A stretch of DNA of 64,000 nt from Tubiluchus corallicola (taxonomy: Eukaryota > Animalia > Priapulida): NCBI GenBank assembly GCA_030141605.1, contig JAQGDQ010000630.1:1-64000 (forward strand), read 5' to 3'. This document shows, in pieces, positions 28,801 to 42,857 of this stretch (the stretch's first letter is position 1; each line of letters starts with the position of its first letter). The translations under genes and the position numbers were made by a program. A model generated the notes under the pieces. That model saw only the letters and a list, made by a program, of their open reading frames with translations. It was not told the DNA's origin and made no database searches.

Positions 28801-31800
28801 GTCGTCGCACAAGCTGAAGCAGTTGCGCGATTCCGACGAGGAAGCCCAGAACGTCACGGTGGAAAACTCGATGATCGTGCAGTCGAGCAGCAAAGTTTCG
28901 AAAGAGGGGAAGGCCTTCTTCAACAGCAGCGCGCTCAAAAGCCTCACGTCGCTATGGCTCATCGTATCGGTGATGGGAGGAAGAGATGCGGTCGAGCTCG
29001 CCAAACTGCACAGATCATTAGTACCCTGTGCCGGAGTCGCCGTACAAGTCGAAAAAGTATCAGAAGAAGAAGATTATTTTTTGCCACTGCAAGTCGCAAG
29101 TGACTCGGTTGCATCCGAAGGAATGGTGTTTTGTTACCTACCACTTCCGATTAACTCTACTCTACCAGTACACGTAAACGGTTCATTCGCCATCACTCCA
29201 AGCAGGAGACATTTGATAGAACGAGTCAAAACCGACAAACTTGACATCAGGGTGGAATGGAACGAGGCTCTCATAGAAACTGTGACAATGGCGTTCTTGC
29301 GCTTACTCAGCGATATTAAGAAACTTTTGCCACCAAACAACGTGGCCTATTCCTACCATAGCTTGTTTCCATTGCCTTCCTATGGTCTGTGGAGTTTACT
29401 TTCTCAATGCTTTTACAAATATGTCACTCGGGCTGAAAAGGTGAATCTGTTTTCCGACGGAACCTCCTGGTCTAGTCTAAATCAGTGCGTGTTTCTTGAT
29501 ACTGCCATACGATGTGCACCCGGCATTGGTGACACGGCTCTGAACGTCTTGCAGGTTCTTGCACAAGGAATGGAAAAGCTCGTAATTGACATGCCAACTC
29601 ACATTTATGATGCTCTAGTCGCTGCTGGTTGTCAGAAAGAGATTGATGCTATTTTATACACAAAAACCGAATTCTTTTCGGAGTTGCTTTTGCCGTCGTT
29701 GGATATTATACCAGCTGAGATGAGAGACCCTCTTGTAATTTTTGCGTTAGATGGAAACTGCTCAGAGATTACAGAAAGTTTGGCTAATTACCCATGCATT
29801 CCTTGTTCACCTGATGGAAAACTATTGAAAAAGCCACTCGATTTAATACATCCCGAAGGACGCATTGCTCAAATGTTCACGCCCGAAGACAAGCGCTTCC
29901 CCTTTGGTACAAAAGAGACTTATCTGAGTCCCCAGAGATTGGAAACCATGTGCCAGATGGGAATGAAGAAAGACGACATGACGCTTACCGACGTGTTAGA
30001 TAGAGCAAAGTCAGTGAATACGTTTGAAAACCACACAGAAGCAATAAGGCGATGTAGGCAACTGTTGTCGTACTTAGATAACAAGCCAGATGCCGCCACG
30101 CAAAACTCACCATTAAATTCAATCCAGTTTTTACCGGTGCTCCCGCGGCCCGCTCGCTACCCTTCCGAATTACCTTGGGGTGGCGACGCTTATGTAAATA
30201 AATTTCTGTCTCCTCACGAACTGTTCTCTCCTCAATGTCAAAATCTGATTGGGCTTGTGAAGCCAATCGTAGACGACAAAAATGCGTCGCTCACTCCCAA
30301 CATCGAACGGCAGTTGGCGCTGAGAAAACATCCTTCAATTGAAAGTGTCCTTCAGCAGCTGTGCTGTGTTTGTTCTTCGCCGGCAGATTTGCACAAGAAA
30401 CAAAATGCCCTGATAGTCCAGAGCATGCTGAGAGAAATATACACGTTTTTGCAAACAGCGACTGAAGGGGATGAAGAAAAATTGCGTACTATTAAAGCAG
30501 TGCTGCAAGACATCCCGTTTGTGCTCGTTGGAACACGCTTTCTAAAGATGGAACAGTTAGCATTTGAATGTGGCAATTCCTTACCTCCGTATCTATACGA
30601 ATTGCCTCTAGAATGGCAGACACTTAGTAAAGAATTTTTCGAGAAACTGGGGTTGAAAAACAGGTTTGATTATAAGGACTATATGCACATCATCTACCAA
30701 ATAAGATCTATTGTGCCTAAAGAACCATTAGATGAAGAGTTATGCAAAACTGTTATTGTTCTTTCGAGACTTCTAGCAAATGAAATCAGTATGAAATCTA
30801 TCACCCTTGAAGATCTTGAGTTAGAATGTGGACCTGTATTGTTACCTGATAACAGTATGAAACTCCAACAAAGGTGCAACTTATGTTTCAACGACTGTCC
30901 ATGGATGCCAGATGACTCGACTTTTTTGTACATAAACGAAAAGATTGACCTTCATACCGCCATGATATTTGAGATAAGAACAAAGAAGCGATTAAATGCC
31001 AGCCGTGTTGCTGAAGGATTTAAAATACCATTTGGACAAAGAGAAAAACTTACTAGTCGGATTAAAAGAATTTTATCTGGTTACAATGAACAGGACGAAA
31101 TTCTGAAAGAAATGCTGCAAAATGCTGACGATGCTGGTGCAACAGAAATTGCTTTCATTAATGATGAACGCCAGCTAAAAGGCGATCACCTGCTGGATGA
31201 CAACTGGAAAATTCTTCACGGACCCGCTCTTTGCATCTATAATAACGCTGCTTTCAAACACAGTGACATCTTAGGAATACAAAATCTGGGAGAAGGCAGC
31301 AAGGGTGATGACATTTACAAAATGGGCAGGTATGGCGTTGGTTTCAATGTTGTTTACAAAGTAACCGATGTGCCGACATTTTTAACGTCCGGTCCAGAAG
31401 TTGGCGAGTGTTTATGCGCCCTGGATCCTCATGCATCTTATCTGCCCGATACGTCCGAAGGAACAACTGGGCTTATGTTGAGAGTGAATCCAAAAATCCG
31501 TGAGCTTTACAGTGACATGTTCAGTGGTTACTTACAAGACAAATTTAAAATCCAAGGCAGCACCATGTTTCGTCTCCCCTTGAGGACTCACGAAATGGCA
31601 CAAACATCGAAAATAAGTCAAAGTCAAACAACAAGCAACGACATCAAGCAAATGTTTGATGTATTTAAATCACAGATGTTCGATGTATTGCTCTTCACGA
31701 GAAATGTTAAAAAAATCAGGCTGGTCAGTATAGCACCAGATAATTCAGCTGAAGAATATCTGGTAACCATGGAAATCTCTTCACAGGATGAAGCCAGCAA

Positions 31801-34800
31801 AGCCTCCTTCAACGAGCACGTAAAAAAGGCAACAAAGTTAATGAAAGCCGGGTCTACGCAATTAAGAAGCGTTCCGCTGAGATCCGTCTCGTACATGGCT
31901 TCAATCCAGGACAACGAGGAAAGATCTGAATCTTGGTTAGTTTGCCAACGTATAGGACTAGATGAAAACTTGCGCGTTATTGACACAGTACAGACAGCCA
32001 TTGCTTCGGGTGACCTTGCTGTGCTGCCTCTAGCTGGTGTTGCTGCCCAACTGCTGGACAAGGATGATAACATCTCATGTAGAACAAAGAAAGCATTTTG
32101 CTTTATGCCACTGCCGGGACAAATTCATCAGCCCGTGCATGTTAATGGACAATTTGTTCTTGACCACGAAGCCAGGCGCAGGTTAGACGAAGGAGGTGTA
32201 TTTAGTCGCGACTGGAACAACCTGCTAATTGAAGGGGTTGCAAGTTACTGTTATTTAACTCTGCTCAAAGAGATTAGGGAGAAAATATCAGCTAAAATTG
32301 GGAAAACTCTATTTGATAAGACCATAACAATATTTCTATCAAGTAGTGGATGCTCTTCTCCCTCGGAAGGCAGCATCGTTGAGTCGCCCACTCTATCACC
32401 GGAACGCGACTTTAGCTTTGAAGGTGTTGAGACTCAACAGAACGCAGCAAGGTCTGAAAAGATGGAAGAGGTGCTGAAAGTATTAGGCATTTACTTTTCC
32501 TATTTTCCAACAGCGGGTTTATCAGAGGATACATACTGGAAAGCATTGAGTACGGAAGTGTACAGACTAATACAAATTTCAAAAACGCCTCTCCTTCCCG
32601 TTGTTCGTGTGCAAGAATTGGACACAACAGTGGAGTGGTATGGACTTCAAGCCAGCCATTTCAAAAAAGATTATGTGACAGAATCCACGGAAAATGGCAC
32701 ATCGATGGGAATTCCCAAAATCGACTGCAGTGCCGTTGAAGCAATTCTGTTAGACATCGGCTTCAATCTGACTGCCGCACCGAGCAGGATTTATCAGGGA
32801 TTTACCGGAGCCGGTATCTCAGTAAATCAAGCAACTCCATCTGCAGTGATGGCGTTCCTCGCAGAGTATAGTCAATTCTGGAGATTGCCCAAGAAGTTGC
32901 GACACACTCCGCTGAGGACGCTTTCTAGATACGAACAGATTCTCGATTATTGTCAAGAAGAACCTACGTTTCACAAATTCTTGCACGGAATGCCATTACT
33001 TCTCACGAGTGACAATATTTTAAGAGAATTTGACAAAGACAAGCCGGTTTTTGTCTCAAATTTCAATGATCTGCTGAGTGGAAAGCGCAATTTGTTCGCG
33101 CACAAGTTGCTCCGTAGTAAATTCACTGCAATACTTACCGAAGAACAACCGGAAGGAATTAAGGTGTTCACTCCCGCAGATTTAGCATTGCATTTACCTA
33201 CAGTGTTAGAACAAGATGTATATTACGGCCAAGACTATGCAACGTTTCCTGATGATCTTGTTCCGTGGATTAACCGACTATGGCTATTTCTAAGAAATTA
33301 CACAAAAGGTAATGAATCCACCAGTGAAGCGCTTGAAGTGCTTAATGAATGGTGCATTCTGCCGGTCACAAAAGTCAGAAATGGCGAAAAAGAACAGCTA
33401 CTATTTCAATTCTCCAAGGCGTCTGCGGTGTTGAACCTGTCAAGTAAATCTGTGATACCAGACACAACGCAGAAAATGAAAACTGCACTACAAACGCTTA
33501 GCATTCCAGAACTAGATTTTCAGTTATTACCAAAAGTGGAAAAAGAAGTGGTTGAAAGGCCAGTGCCACAATGCATGTGTGCTAACCTTACAAAGGCAGA
33601 GGAGGCTTTGTACGCCTTTTACCACGCATACCAAAATGACATGCTGAACATCCGAAATCTTACCGAAGAAGTGGCTAGTGATATTCTTTTGTACTTTTGC
33701 CAAAACATTCCATCTCTAGAGAATGATGACGATGGTTGTGCAGAAAAAATACTGAATCTTCCGCTACACCTCACTTTAGACAAAAAGCTGGTATCCATAG
33801 AAGAAGCTGATGCTTATGTTGTTTCTAGCTATAGCAAAGTACTACAGATGGACCAAAGTTGGATGGAGAAGTCGGACATTATATTCCTTCTGAAGCAAAG
33901 TCACAAACTCATCGACCTGTATAACTTTTTAGGTTGCTTAGAAATGGAACCGGCCGAGCTGTACTTGAATCACATACTTCCTCTTTTTAACCACTTGACA
34001 GCAAAGGGTAAAGTTGAGCACATGGAGTATATAAAGGAAAAGATATGGAAGGATTGCATGTTGTCTGCAGGGAATAGAGCTTTTCAAATGCAGGAACGAT
34101 TAAAGAAGCTTCATTTCCTTCCCGACGAAAATGGGGATTACTTCTCACCTCCCCATTTCTACGATCCCGGTGTGGACTTATTCCAGATTTTCTTGTCTGC
34201 TGATAAATTTCCACAAGAGCCATACAGCTCAGAGGACTGGTTAGTGTTTCTGCGTAATATTGGCCTAAAAACCAGAGTGGACTGCGACATGTATATTGAA
34301 TTTTGTCAGACTGTTGCAAAAGCAGCTCAAACTGCTGATAAAGACATGGCAGAGATAAAACAATGGAGCTTTAGCCTAGTGAACTATCTATTTACTAAAA
34401 TGATGCCCTCGCATGAATACTCTGTCGATGACATCTACACAGTTTTGCATTGCATTCGCGACATCAAATTCATTTACCCCGGTTTGCCATCAGAAGAAAT
34501 GTGTCAGCTAAGACAACCGTATGGTCAATCTGAAGGAAAGAGACTACAGTTTATTTGCTTTTCCAATTCAATTTGTCCGGCATACTTGAATCTTGTATGG
34601 GCAGAATGCCACGTTTTGCCAACTTATGCAGATGCTAGCAAGCAATACAGTATGAGAATGGAAAATACACATGTTCTTAAAGCATTGGGTGTGGTGGCAA
34701 GTCCTTCATCAGAAAACGTGGCAAATAACCTGACTACAGTAGTGGCGCATATTTTGGACTACAGGGACAACGTTACAAATGCCTCCGAGCTAAAACTCCG

Positions 34801-36886
34801 TCAGCAAGTTATTACAGACCATTTCAGATTTCTCAAAGAAAGGATGCCACTGTCAAAGGAGACAAAAATGAGGCTTTCTTGGGCTAAGTGTGTTCCAGTA
34901 GAAGATGGAAGAAGTTTTGTGGAGCCTGATAGAGTGATAGTAGAGTTACCTATAGACGACGAACTGCCGCCATTTCTTTACAAATTGCCCCTGGCAATGG
35001 GACCATTTTCTGAACTGCTGCAACTACTGGGTTCCGAACCTACAGTGTCTGCTAAACACTATATCAACGTGCTAAAAAATATTTACGAGGAAACTAAATT
35101 TTCTGAATCTCGCCTACATCCCAACGAGTGCGTACTGGCATTTAAAGCAATTAAGAAATTGTTTACTCTGCTGCAAGAGGCGCGCAATAAAGATTACACG
35201 GCCTTGAAGCAGAACCCCCTGTACTTGCCTAGTCAGTCACTCAAAATTTATAGAAGCACTAATCTGGTCTTTAACGACATGCCAACTTTTAAACAAGTGA
35301 AACTCGACAAGGAAAATGTCATCGGCCTCAAGGAATGCGGCATCGATGGAAACGAGCTGGATTTTTGGAAAGTGCTGCCAGAGGAAACACGTCCAAAATT
35401 CATGAGTGAACTAGTCACTGAAACGCTCATCAATGACGTCACGCTGGATGCCACGTGTTGTGCGACTCATATGCATTGTCGTAGATTATTGCATTCCAGT
35501 CCATTCCAATGTGCCGTTGTTCGACTGCTTATTCACGAGATCACTTTGAGTGGCAAACATCACGCCGACAGAGACCAGATTCAAGACGATGTCGTTGAAT
35601 GTCTCAACAGCATCGTGCTGCAGTGCGTTAGCGATTTGAGGATAGGATTGCGGTACAAGTCAACCGGTTATGAAATACCCAACACAGCCATTGAAATCCC
35701 ATGCTTTATTTCATCAAATCTTGGTGACCGTAACTACGACGATGAGGGCGTTGTCATTCTAATTAACCATTCTAAAGAACTAAAGGGCATGGTCGAGAAA
35801 ACAGTTGCCACGTTTCTGTGCGAAACATTTCGCAGTCTGGAGCCGCGGAAAGACATTCTACACGTCCTGCTCAGCAACGACAGCAATCACATGTTAATCC
35901 TGGATCAGTATAATATTAGATCAGATGAAACATTGGAGGAAATCACGAAGGACGTCAACTCTCTCCCGATGCCCGGCGACTTCATACACATTTCGGATCA
36001 TCATCTGTTGCAGCAGAGCTTGGACCGGAAGTTCGTATTTCGTCCGGGAGAATACGTGGGTTACGAGGTGGATGCGGAAGGCGATACTCCCACGTACCTT
36101 TATGCCGTTATACTGCAAGTTCTTCGGGGAACGGGAGACGACTCAACATTATACATGACGAGGAAGTATAAAATTGATATTGGGCAAAGGACGCCCATCA
36201 CGGCTACGGCAACTGATCTGTACAGGTTTACTCGACCTGAGAAACTACTCGCCGATGAGTTGGTTATTTATGAAGGAGCACAACAGAATGGCTTTTGTAA
36301 CGGTGATGTTGATATGCATGACGGCTATGCATTAAGGCAAAAGAGCGTTAAGCAAATAAAGTCTGAAGTCAGTCAGGCACTGAATGATGCCTTTAGACTG
36401 AGCGACACTGAACGAAAGAAAGTTATTCGAAGACTGTATTTGAACTGGCATCCGGACAAGAATCCGGATAACGTCGAATTAGCGGGCACCATTTTCAAAC
36501 ACTTGCAAGAAGAAGTGAAGCGACTGGAAAAACAAAAGGCAACATTGTCGCCAAAAATGTACAAAGACTGGGACACTTGGGCCAAGCAACATCAAAAACA
36601 GAGAGAGGAATACAAAGAAAATCTCGACAAAGAACAGAAAGACGACGGAAAATCGTCTCCCAGGAAGCGGCGACAGAAAAGAAGAAGCAAGAAGCAGAAA
36701 GAAGAAAATGGGACGAATGAAGAAGAAGATCCCACACAACCTCCCCCAACATTTGCTAAGAAAAACCCCCAACCAGTCGAGGCTAGACGGTGGTATCGGC
36801 AGGCAGCAGAGGACATGAAGTCGGCGTATCACGACTTGAACGCCCACCACCCATCTTACGCCTGGGTGTGCTTCAAAGTTCACCAG
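25854..36886 (+). CDS. SACS: Sacsin giant exon, 11,033 bp: SIRPT2, SIRPT3, J domain and start of HEPN
   Basis: TTTTTAG acceptor in phase 1, in frame with the 3,703-aa ORF; KEIVQNADDAGA and KEMLQNADDAGA ATPase motifs; WHPDK J-domain motif; NPQPVEARRWYRQA HEPN start; donor CAG|GTAAA. Confidence 0.97.
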
Positions 36887-37092
36887 GTAAAATGTTCAGT
36901 TGTTTTGTCCACGTTATTAGCAGCAAATGAAGTTCGACTGCATTCACTTTCAACAGCTTTGAAGGGGAAGAAAAGGCAATTGTAAAGTCTGTCCCAAAAT
37001 GTCCTGAAAAAACTTTCCACGCAAACGCATATTACACAGGCATCATGCTTATCTGCTTGAAAGACTTGTAATTAGAAAAGAAAATTCTTACT

Positions 37093-37222
37093 AATTTAAA
37101 ATGTTTGCGCCAACTGGAAAAATGTCACTGACCCTTCTTTCCAGTGTGGGTCACTCAGCAATTTAAAATGTTTGCGCCAACTGGAAAAATGTCACTGACC
37201 CTTCTTTCCAGTGTGGGTCACT
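37093..37222. repeat. 67-bp tandem duplication x2
   Basis: AATTTAAAATGTTTGCGCCAACTGG at 37093 and 37160. Confidence 0.9.
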
Positions 37223-37569
37223 AACTCACCAAAAACATTTTTTAGTCTTACTGACACGACACGGTTATTTGTACTTTTGCTTTGTTAGTGACCTGTGTGC
37301 TGCGAATTTCCTAATTATTCTTTAAACCGCCACACAATTATATCTGAACTTGTTTCAAATGACCTACCGTCAAAATGGCTGCACATAACGGTGATCGCAG
37401 GAGTTTGAATTTCCAAGTTTTATGCAACACTGCTGCTAATGCAAGCTCTGTGCACAATAAGGCAGTATGTAAGTGTTACAAAATTTCAAGATGAATTTTT
37501 ATAGATTTATGTTGTAACTAAAGGATTTTCTTGTGCTCTAAAAGATTGTATGAAACGCATAATTTAAAC

Positions 37570-38053
37570 CAGGGGTGTGCAAATTATCTGACTAGCCGGG
37601 CCACATTCAACTTTTCCGCATTTCCTGCGGGCCACAGACAGTTTGATAAAGGAGCCAAGTACAGAAAGACCTAATAACGATTTTTTTTTGTATCCGACCT
37701 GCTTACATCATTACTACTACACTCAATAAACTATTTTAGAAGTTATTAAAATTTATATTACAAACCATATATTTCTACTTTCAGGACAGATAGTGGTAAT
37801 TTCGTTACAATGCATATTAGTAATGTGTATCACACAGTCTGTGTAGTACAGTGACATTAAGTTACAATCGTCTTGTAACGGTTAATGGCATCCGATCTAG
37901 CAGAAAAAACTACCCGCACTATCTTTGGGATCGTGGCACGGACTTCAGCTGGATACACTCAATTAATCGCCCGGGCCGCACTTTCATTAGGTTGACAAAC
38001 CTCGTCGCAGGCCGCACAAATTCTCTCGGCGGGCCGCAATTTGCACACCCCTG
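37570..38053. mobile_element. hAT MITE family A, copy 3
   Basis: Same TIRs; TSD ATTTAAAC. Confidence 0.95.
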
Positions 38054-38120
38054 ATTTAAACTAAGTAACTGTTACATGTTACTTATGCAATGATATAATT
38101 ATGTTTTTATGATTTTTCAG

Positions 38121-38331
38121 GCAGCAGAAAAAGCAATACGGGCAGCGCAGCTGTGGGATGATGCAGTAGACTGTGAGTCACATGACCTGAATGATCTTGC
38201 AAGCAAGCTAGGGAACATGGAGCTGCGGCGCAGTGCCAGATTACTGCAGTCCCTTCTCGGAAGCACGGAGAAGATGTTGTATCCATCAAAACTCCAGTTT
38301 CCGAAGATTCCTGCAGAGATTTACGATAAAG
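38121..38331 (+). CDS. SACS: Sacsin exon, HEPN domain (AAEKAIRAA...HDL...LYPSKLQFPKIPAEIY)
   Basis: TTTTTCAG acceptor in phase 0 continues HQ|AAEK; donor G|GTTAGT in phase 1. Confidence 0.94.
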
Positions 38332-38392
38332 GTTAGTTAACATTGCAATTTAGGTAATGCAACATAAGCTCTGTGTAACCGCCTTGCTTGCT

Positions 38393-38743
38393 CTGTCTTT
38401 CTCGTTCTCTTCCTATCTCTCTTCTGCTCTTCCTTCCCCATCTCTCTCTCTCTGTTTATCTCCCTCACTCACACTCTCTCTCCTCTTTCTCACCCTCTCT
38501 CTCCCTCCCTCTCTCTCACTCTCCCCTTGCCTCTCTTGCTCTCGCACTCTCTCTTTCTTTCTCTCCCAATCTCTCTCTCCCTTCCCCTTTCTCTCTTTCT
38601 TTGTCTCTCTGTCCCTCCCTCCCTCGCTCTCTCTCCCCTCTCTCTTTCTCTCTCTCCCTTCCCCTCTCTCCCACACAATCTTTCTCTGTTTCTCTCTTCC
38701 TCCCCCTCTTTCTCAATCTCTCTTTTTCTCTCTCTCTCTCTCT
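38393..38743. repeat. CT-rich degenerate microsatellite filling the last sacsin intron
   Basis: Direct reading. Confidence 0.92.
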
Positions 38744-38825
38744 GTGTGTTACATTTGCTTTCTTTTTCATGCATCTGCCTACACGTGACTGTATATTTAT
38801 TTCTTGTGTCACATTCCTTTTTCAG

Positions 38826-38899
38826 AAAAAGCCAACAGGGCCGTGGATTACGCCGAACAGATCCTAAGTCAAGCCGAAGAATTTATAGAGAACACATGA
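38826..38899 (+). CDS. SACS: Sacsin last coding exon (EKANRAVDYAEQILSQAEEFIENT*)
   Basis: TTTTTCAG acceptor in phase 1; final HEPN-type helix; TGA at 38897-38899. Confidence 0.9.
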
Positions 38900-41800
38900 T
38901 TGTTTAACTTCGAGTCAGTTGCTCGTCAGTGATTGGTCGCTGGCAAATTTCATAACGTTGAAGCGGGGTAACATTGTCAGCGGTTCAAAATGCAATGATG
39001 AAGATAAAGTAGGGAGTCTATGCGGTGGGTCAGCAGCCTATCTAATAGATTGCTGCTCTGTAATTGCTAATAGATGATGTGTTAAATCAAAAATTTTATG
39101 GTGCTACAGTAAAACAAACAAAATACTATAAAAATAGAAGAGGTACACACCTAATTTTAATTTCGTAAAGGTTAATTATAATAATACACAATGGTTTAAA
39201 GCCAGAAAAGCAAGAAAAAACCTATTCTGAAAGTAAATTATGCATTAGTCTATAAAGTGCAGCAACGCGCCAGTGAAGTTGGCAGAGCATTATGTGTTGC
39301 TTGCAACCCAGAAGCGTCCACGAGTCGGCATAGTTAAAACTACGTTATGATGCTTCAAAGTAGAATGTACCAAAAATTTGTCATTTTTTTTATATAAAAA
39401 CAAACGCCAAATGTATTGGATGCTGTAGAATCAAATTATCAAGAAAATGTTCACAAAGTACTAAAAATCTAATTTAATAACCCCGTACCCACTTTTCTGG
39501 CTAGAAACCTGTACTGCAATTGTAAAAAATTGTATTTTCAAACTCCAGTAGTAACTCGTAGAAGCAGTCATTTTGCTTCTGGTTTTTTCCTGTTGTCAAG
39601 CCCAGATCTTCGTCAGGGAGAGTCATCTAGTAGCCTTAAACATAACTTCAACGTGTTCTTGTAAAGTCCACAGCAACCAATATTTGTGCGGTTGCTAAGT
39701 GTTTTGTAGAGACGCGACAAAAAACAATGGCTAACTTTAACAGTGATTTTCTGAAGATTATGTTTTTCAGTGTGCAGCCTGCACCTCAACTTCAATGTGG
39801 ATTATCTCAGCTTGGAAATAACATAGAGTGATGAACTTGGTATCAAAATGATCCTCATGAAATGGTTATTCAGGGAAAGTGAATAACTTAAAAGCTTAAT
39901 TGCCGACTCTTGAACGATTTTGCTGCGCAAGCACACATATTACAATAGCTTTAGAACAACAGCTGCTCATAGTCACTCGATTTTTTGAGATTTCAAACAA
40001 GTTTCTACCACCACACATTTGCCATTGTTGTCATTATTATGAAAGTTTACCCTTAACTAGTGTAGATACTTGTTCATGCCAATGCCAGTCTCTGTGTGCC
40101 TCATGAGTTTTATAGATTCTGTGTAAAGTATTAAGATGTTACTGGAATTTGCATTATGCATTGCTGATTTTTTTCTGATATAATTGACGTTGTACTGTGA
40201 AAAATGTACATAGTGTATCATACCTGATCAATAATTTTTAAAAAACTATGTATATAAGTATTAGTAATACTATAATTAAGCAACTTATTAATAATTATGC
40301 AGTACATGTCTGTCTCACGCTGGGTGCTACTTCTTAGTATAATTATCTAATGTATAACTAATAAGCCAGTGCATATGGTATAAATTATTTAATGTTTTAT
40401 AATAAGTTATTAATAGATTTTTCAGCTGTAAGCATTTTTTTGTGTGTATATTATTTTTTTATTTCATTTTCGAACCGATTTGTGAGCATCATGTTGTACA
40501 GTAGAATTGATTAATGATCAGCATTCTTATTATTGTTTGACAGGAAAGAGAAGCAATAAATATGACTCATTTTCTGTCTCATTGTCTTGTTGGTGTTTTA
40601 TGTTGATGTACCTGGATTTCTATCTAGTAGAAATAACGAAATACACTACACCATTATGCGTGTTGCCGAACTACTTTATTTACAATGCGTTCTGATGCAT
40701 TAATACATAACATCTCCTTTCTTTTGAACAAAAAAACAAAAGTAAACAATAACATGGCATTGTTAACAACAATAGTAAGCAACCTAGTAATAATAATTAC
40801 TAGTAATAGTAATGTAGTTTCTGCACACAAATTTCAACTTTTTTTGACTATTGGAACCTTTACAAAAGTCAAATTGAACGTTGAACTTTAAATTACAAAA
40901 TGACTTTCATTACAGTTAAAAATGAATTAAGTTCTAGAAACCAAAAGTAATAGAAACTTTTTTGCGCTTAGCACAAAACATTTTAAGTTAACTAATTATA
41001 ATGCAGGGAAGTAAACTTTTTATTTTTACAACTACTTAACATAGTCAATAAGAGTACTAGGAGGCTTTGAGAGTCTTCCAGACCTGGTAAATGTTTTATG
41101 TTGATCTACCGGGATTTCTAACTAGTAGACTACTACATTTTCGAACCGATTTGTGAGCATCATGTTGTACAGTAGAATTGATTAATGATCAGCATTCTTA
41201 TTATTGTTTGACAGGAAAGAGAAGTAATAAATATGACTCATTTTCTGTCTCATTGTCTTGTTGGTGTTTTATGTTGATGTACCTGGATTTCTAACTAGTA
41301 GAAATAACGATATACACTACACCATTATGCCTATTGCCGAACTACTTTATTTACAATGCGTTCTGACGCATTAATACATAGCAGTTGAAATCGGTCTTTC
41401 TTCAGAGCGTGTTATTTCAACCGAGTTTAGTTCAGTAACTTTTTAGCACTCGCGATGAACAGGGCAGAAGAGAACAGAACAGGCAAGACCGGATAGGATG
41501 TGACAGAACTGGTAGGATAAGAAAGAACTGAGACAGGTCGTGGCGGGGCTGAACAAAACACGGAAAGGTAGGAAGAGAACCGTACCAGATAATCAAGACC
41601 GGGAGGGTCACTCAGGACTGCCTTTTTCTGCATTGGTTGTGCCTGTCCAGACCTATAATACGTGTTCTGTACATTCCTGCCTATCCCATCTTGCTATTTC
41701 CTGCCCTGTCCTGTTCCAGCTGTCATCTTTTGGTCTTACCCTGCCTGAAAACTATTAAACTAAACCTGATTGGCAGATCAGGAGAGGACAGGACAAAACA

Positions 41801-42857
41801 GGAAAGGGAAGAAAAAACCGATTCTTACCCAGATTCTTTTCATAACCAGGTTTTTTTCTACACAATTGTAGACTAAATAATTGGCATACGTGGCTTAAAA
41901 CATGTCACCTTCTGCAAAGCTTCGTCTCTGCATGTGCAACATTCCTTCATATAACAACTCTGTGAAAGACTACTTCATGATGCCCAAAGTCAAAAAATTC
42001 ATGTTTGAGTAGCTTTATTACGCTTTATATCATGGCTCTACTACTCTTGACAAATAAATGGTTTAACTGAGACAAACAACAACAACTTTCTTAGGCAAGA
42101 ACAGACTGCCAACTCGCCAGGTAAACTAGCTCTGTCAGTAGAGCATGACAGAGAGAAGCCAAGTCAAGACATACATACGAATGCAGTTAAAGGACAGTAT
42201 AGGGGGGTTTACAGAATGAGAGAACACTGAAGTAATAAAATAACCTGAAATCCTTCACAACTACACATAAGCTTTACTGCTGTTCCTAAACTAGAATAAT
42301 ATTCAGAAAATAAAGTTACAAATGTTAGTTGTTAAACTCAGTATGTATTTGGCTGATTAACACCGGGAATGAGCTTCTTGGTTCGTGTTTTCAGTTCATG
42401 TGCAGCCACCTATGAATGATCTGAGGAACTTGTGCTAACGAAAGAATAAACATTAAAGTCCTACTGGGTTTATCTTCACAAAACCAATGTGTCTTTGGAA
42501 TTTTGGTTCTGCCGTCTACCGCCAGACAGAACAATGGCGTAAAATTAATCAACAACTGTTTTAGGGTGTTATTATTGTAATATATGGAAGCTCAATTTAG
42601 CTTCGTGAAACCTAAAATTTCTCACGTTTTATTAAGTCAAATCAACAGCAGAACCTGGGCCCACTTTCACAAACAAAGATGTCTTTAGCTTGCAGCTGTC
42701 TGAAAACTACCCATCAGATAAAATTTGCAGAACTCGATGCTACCAAAAAGGCAGAAGTCCCAGTGGAGTGCAAATCTTTTTTCAGATTTTCTAATTTAGT
42801 GTTTTTTACTAAATTATACGGTTGTTATATGGAGCATTTATATGGTTGTTATACATA

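Noticed and set aside
26731-36883. Short antisense and alternate-frame ORFs inside sacsin (and likewise inside RABGGTA and SRP72)
   Set aside because: Shadow ORFs of real coding sequence with no recognisable motifs.
25874-36985. 3,703-aa ORF as a standalone gene
   Set aside because: It starts at TTG mid-protein and runs past a donor at 36887; it is one exon of the spliced sacsin gene. The same applies to 20814-22403.
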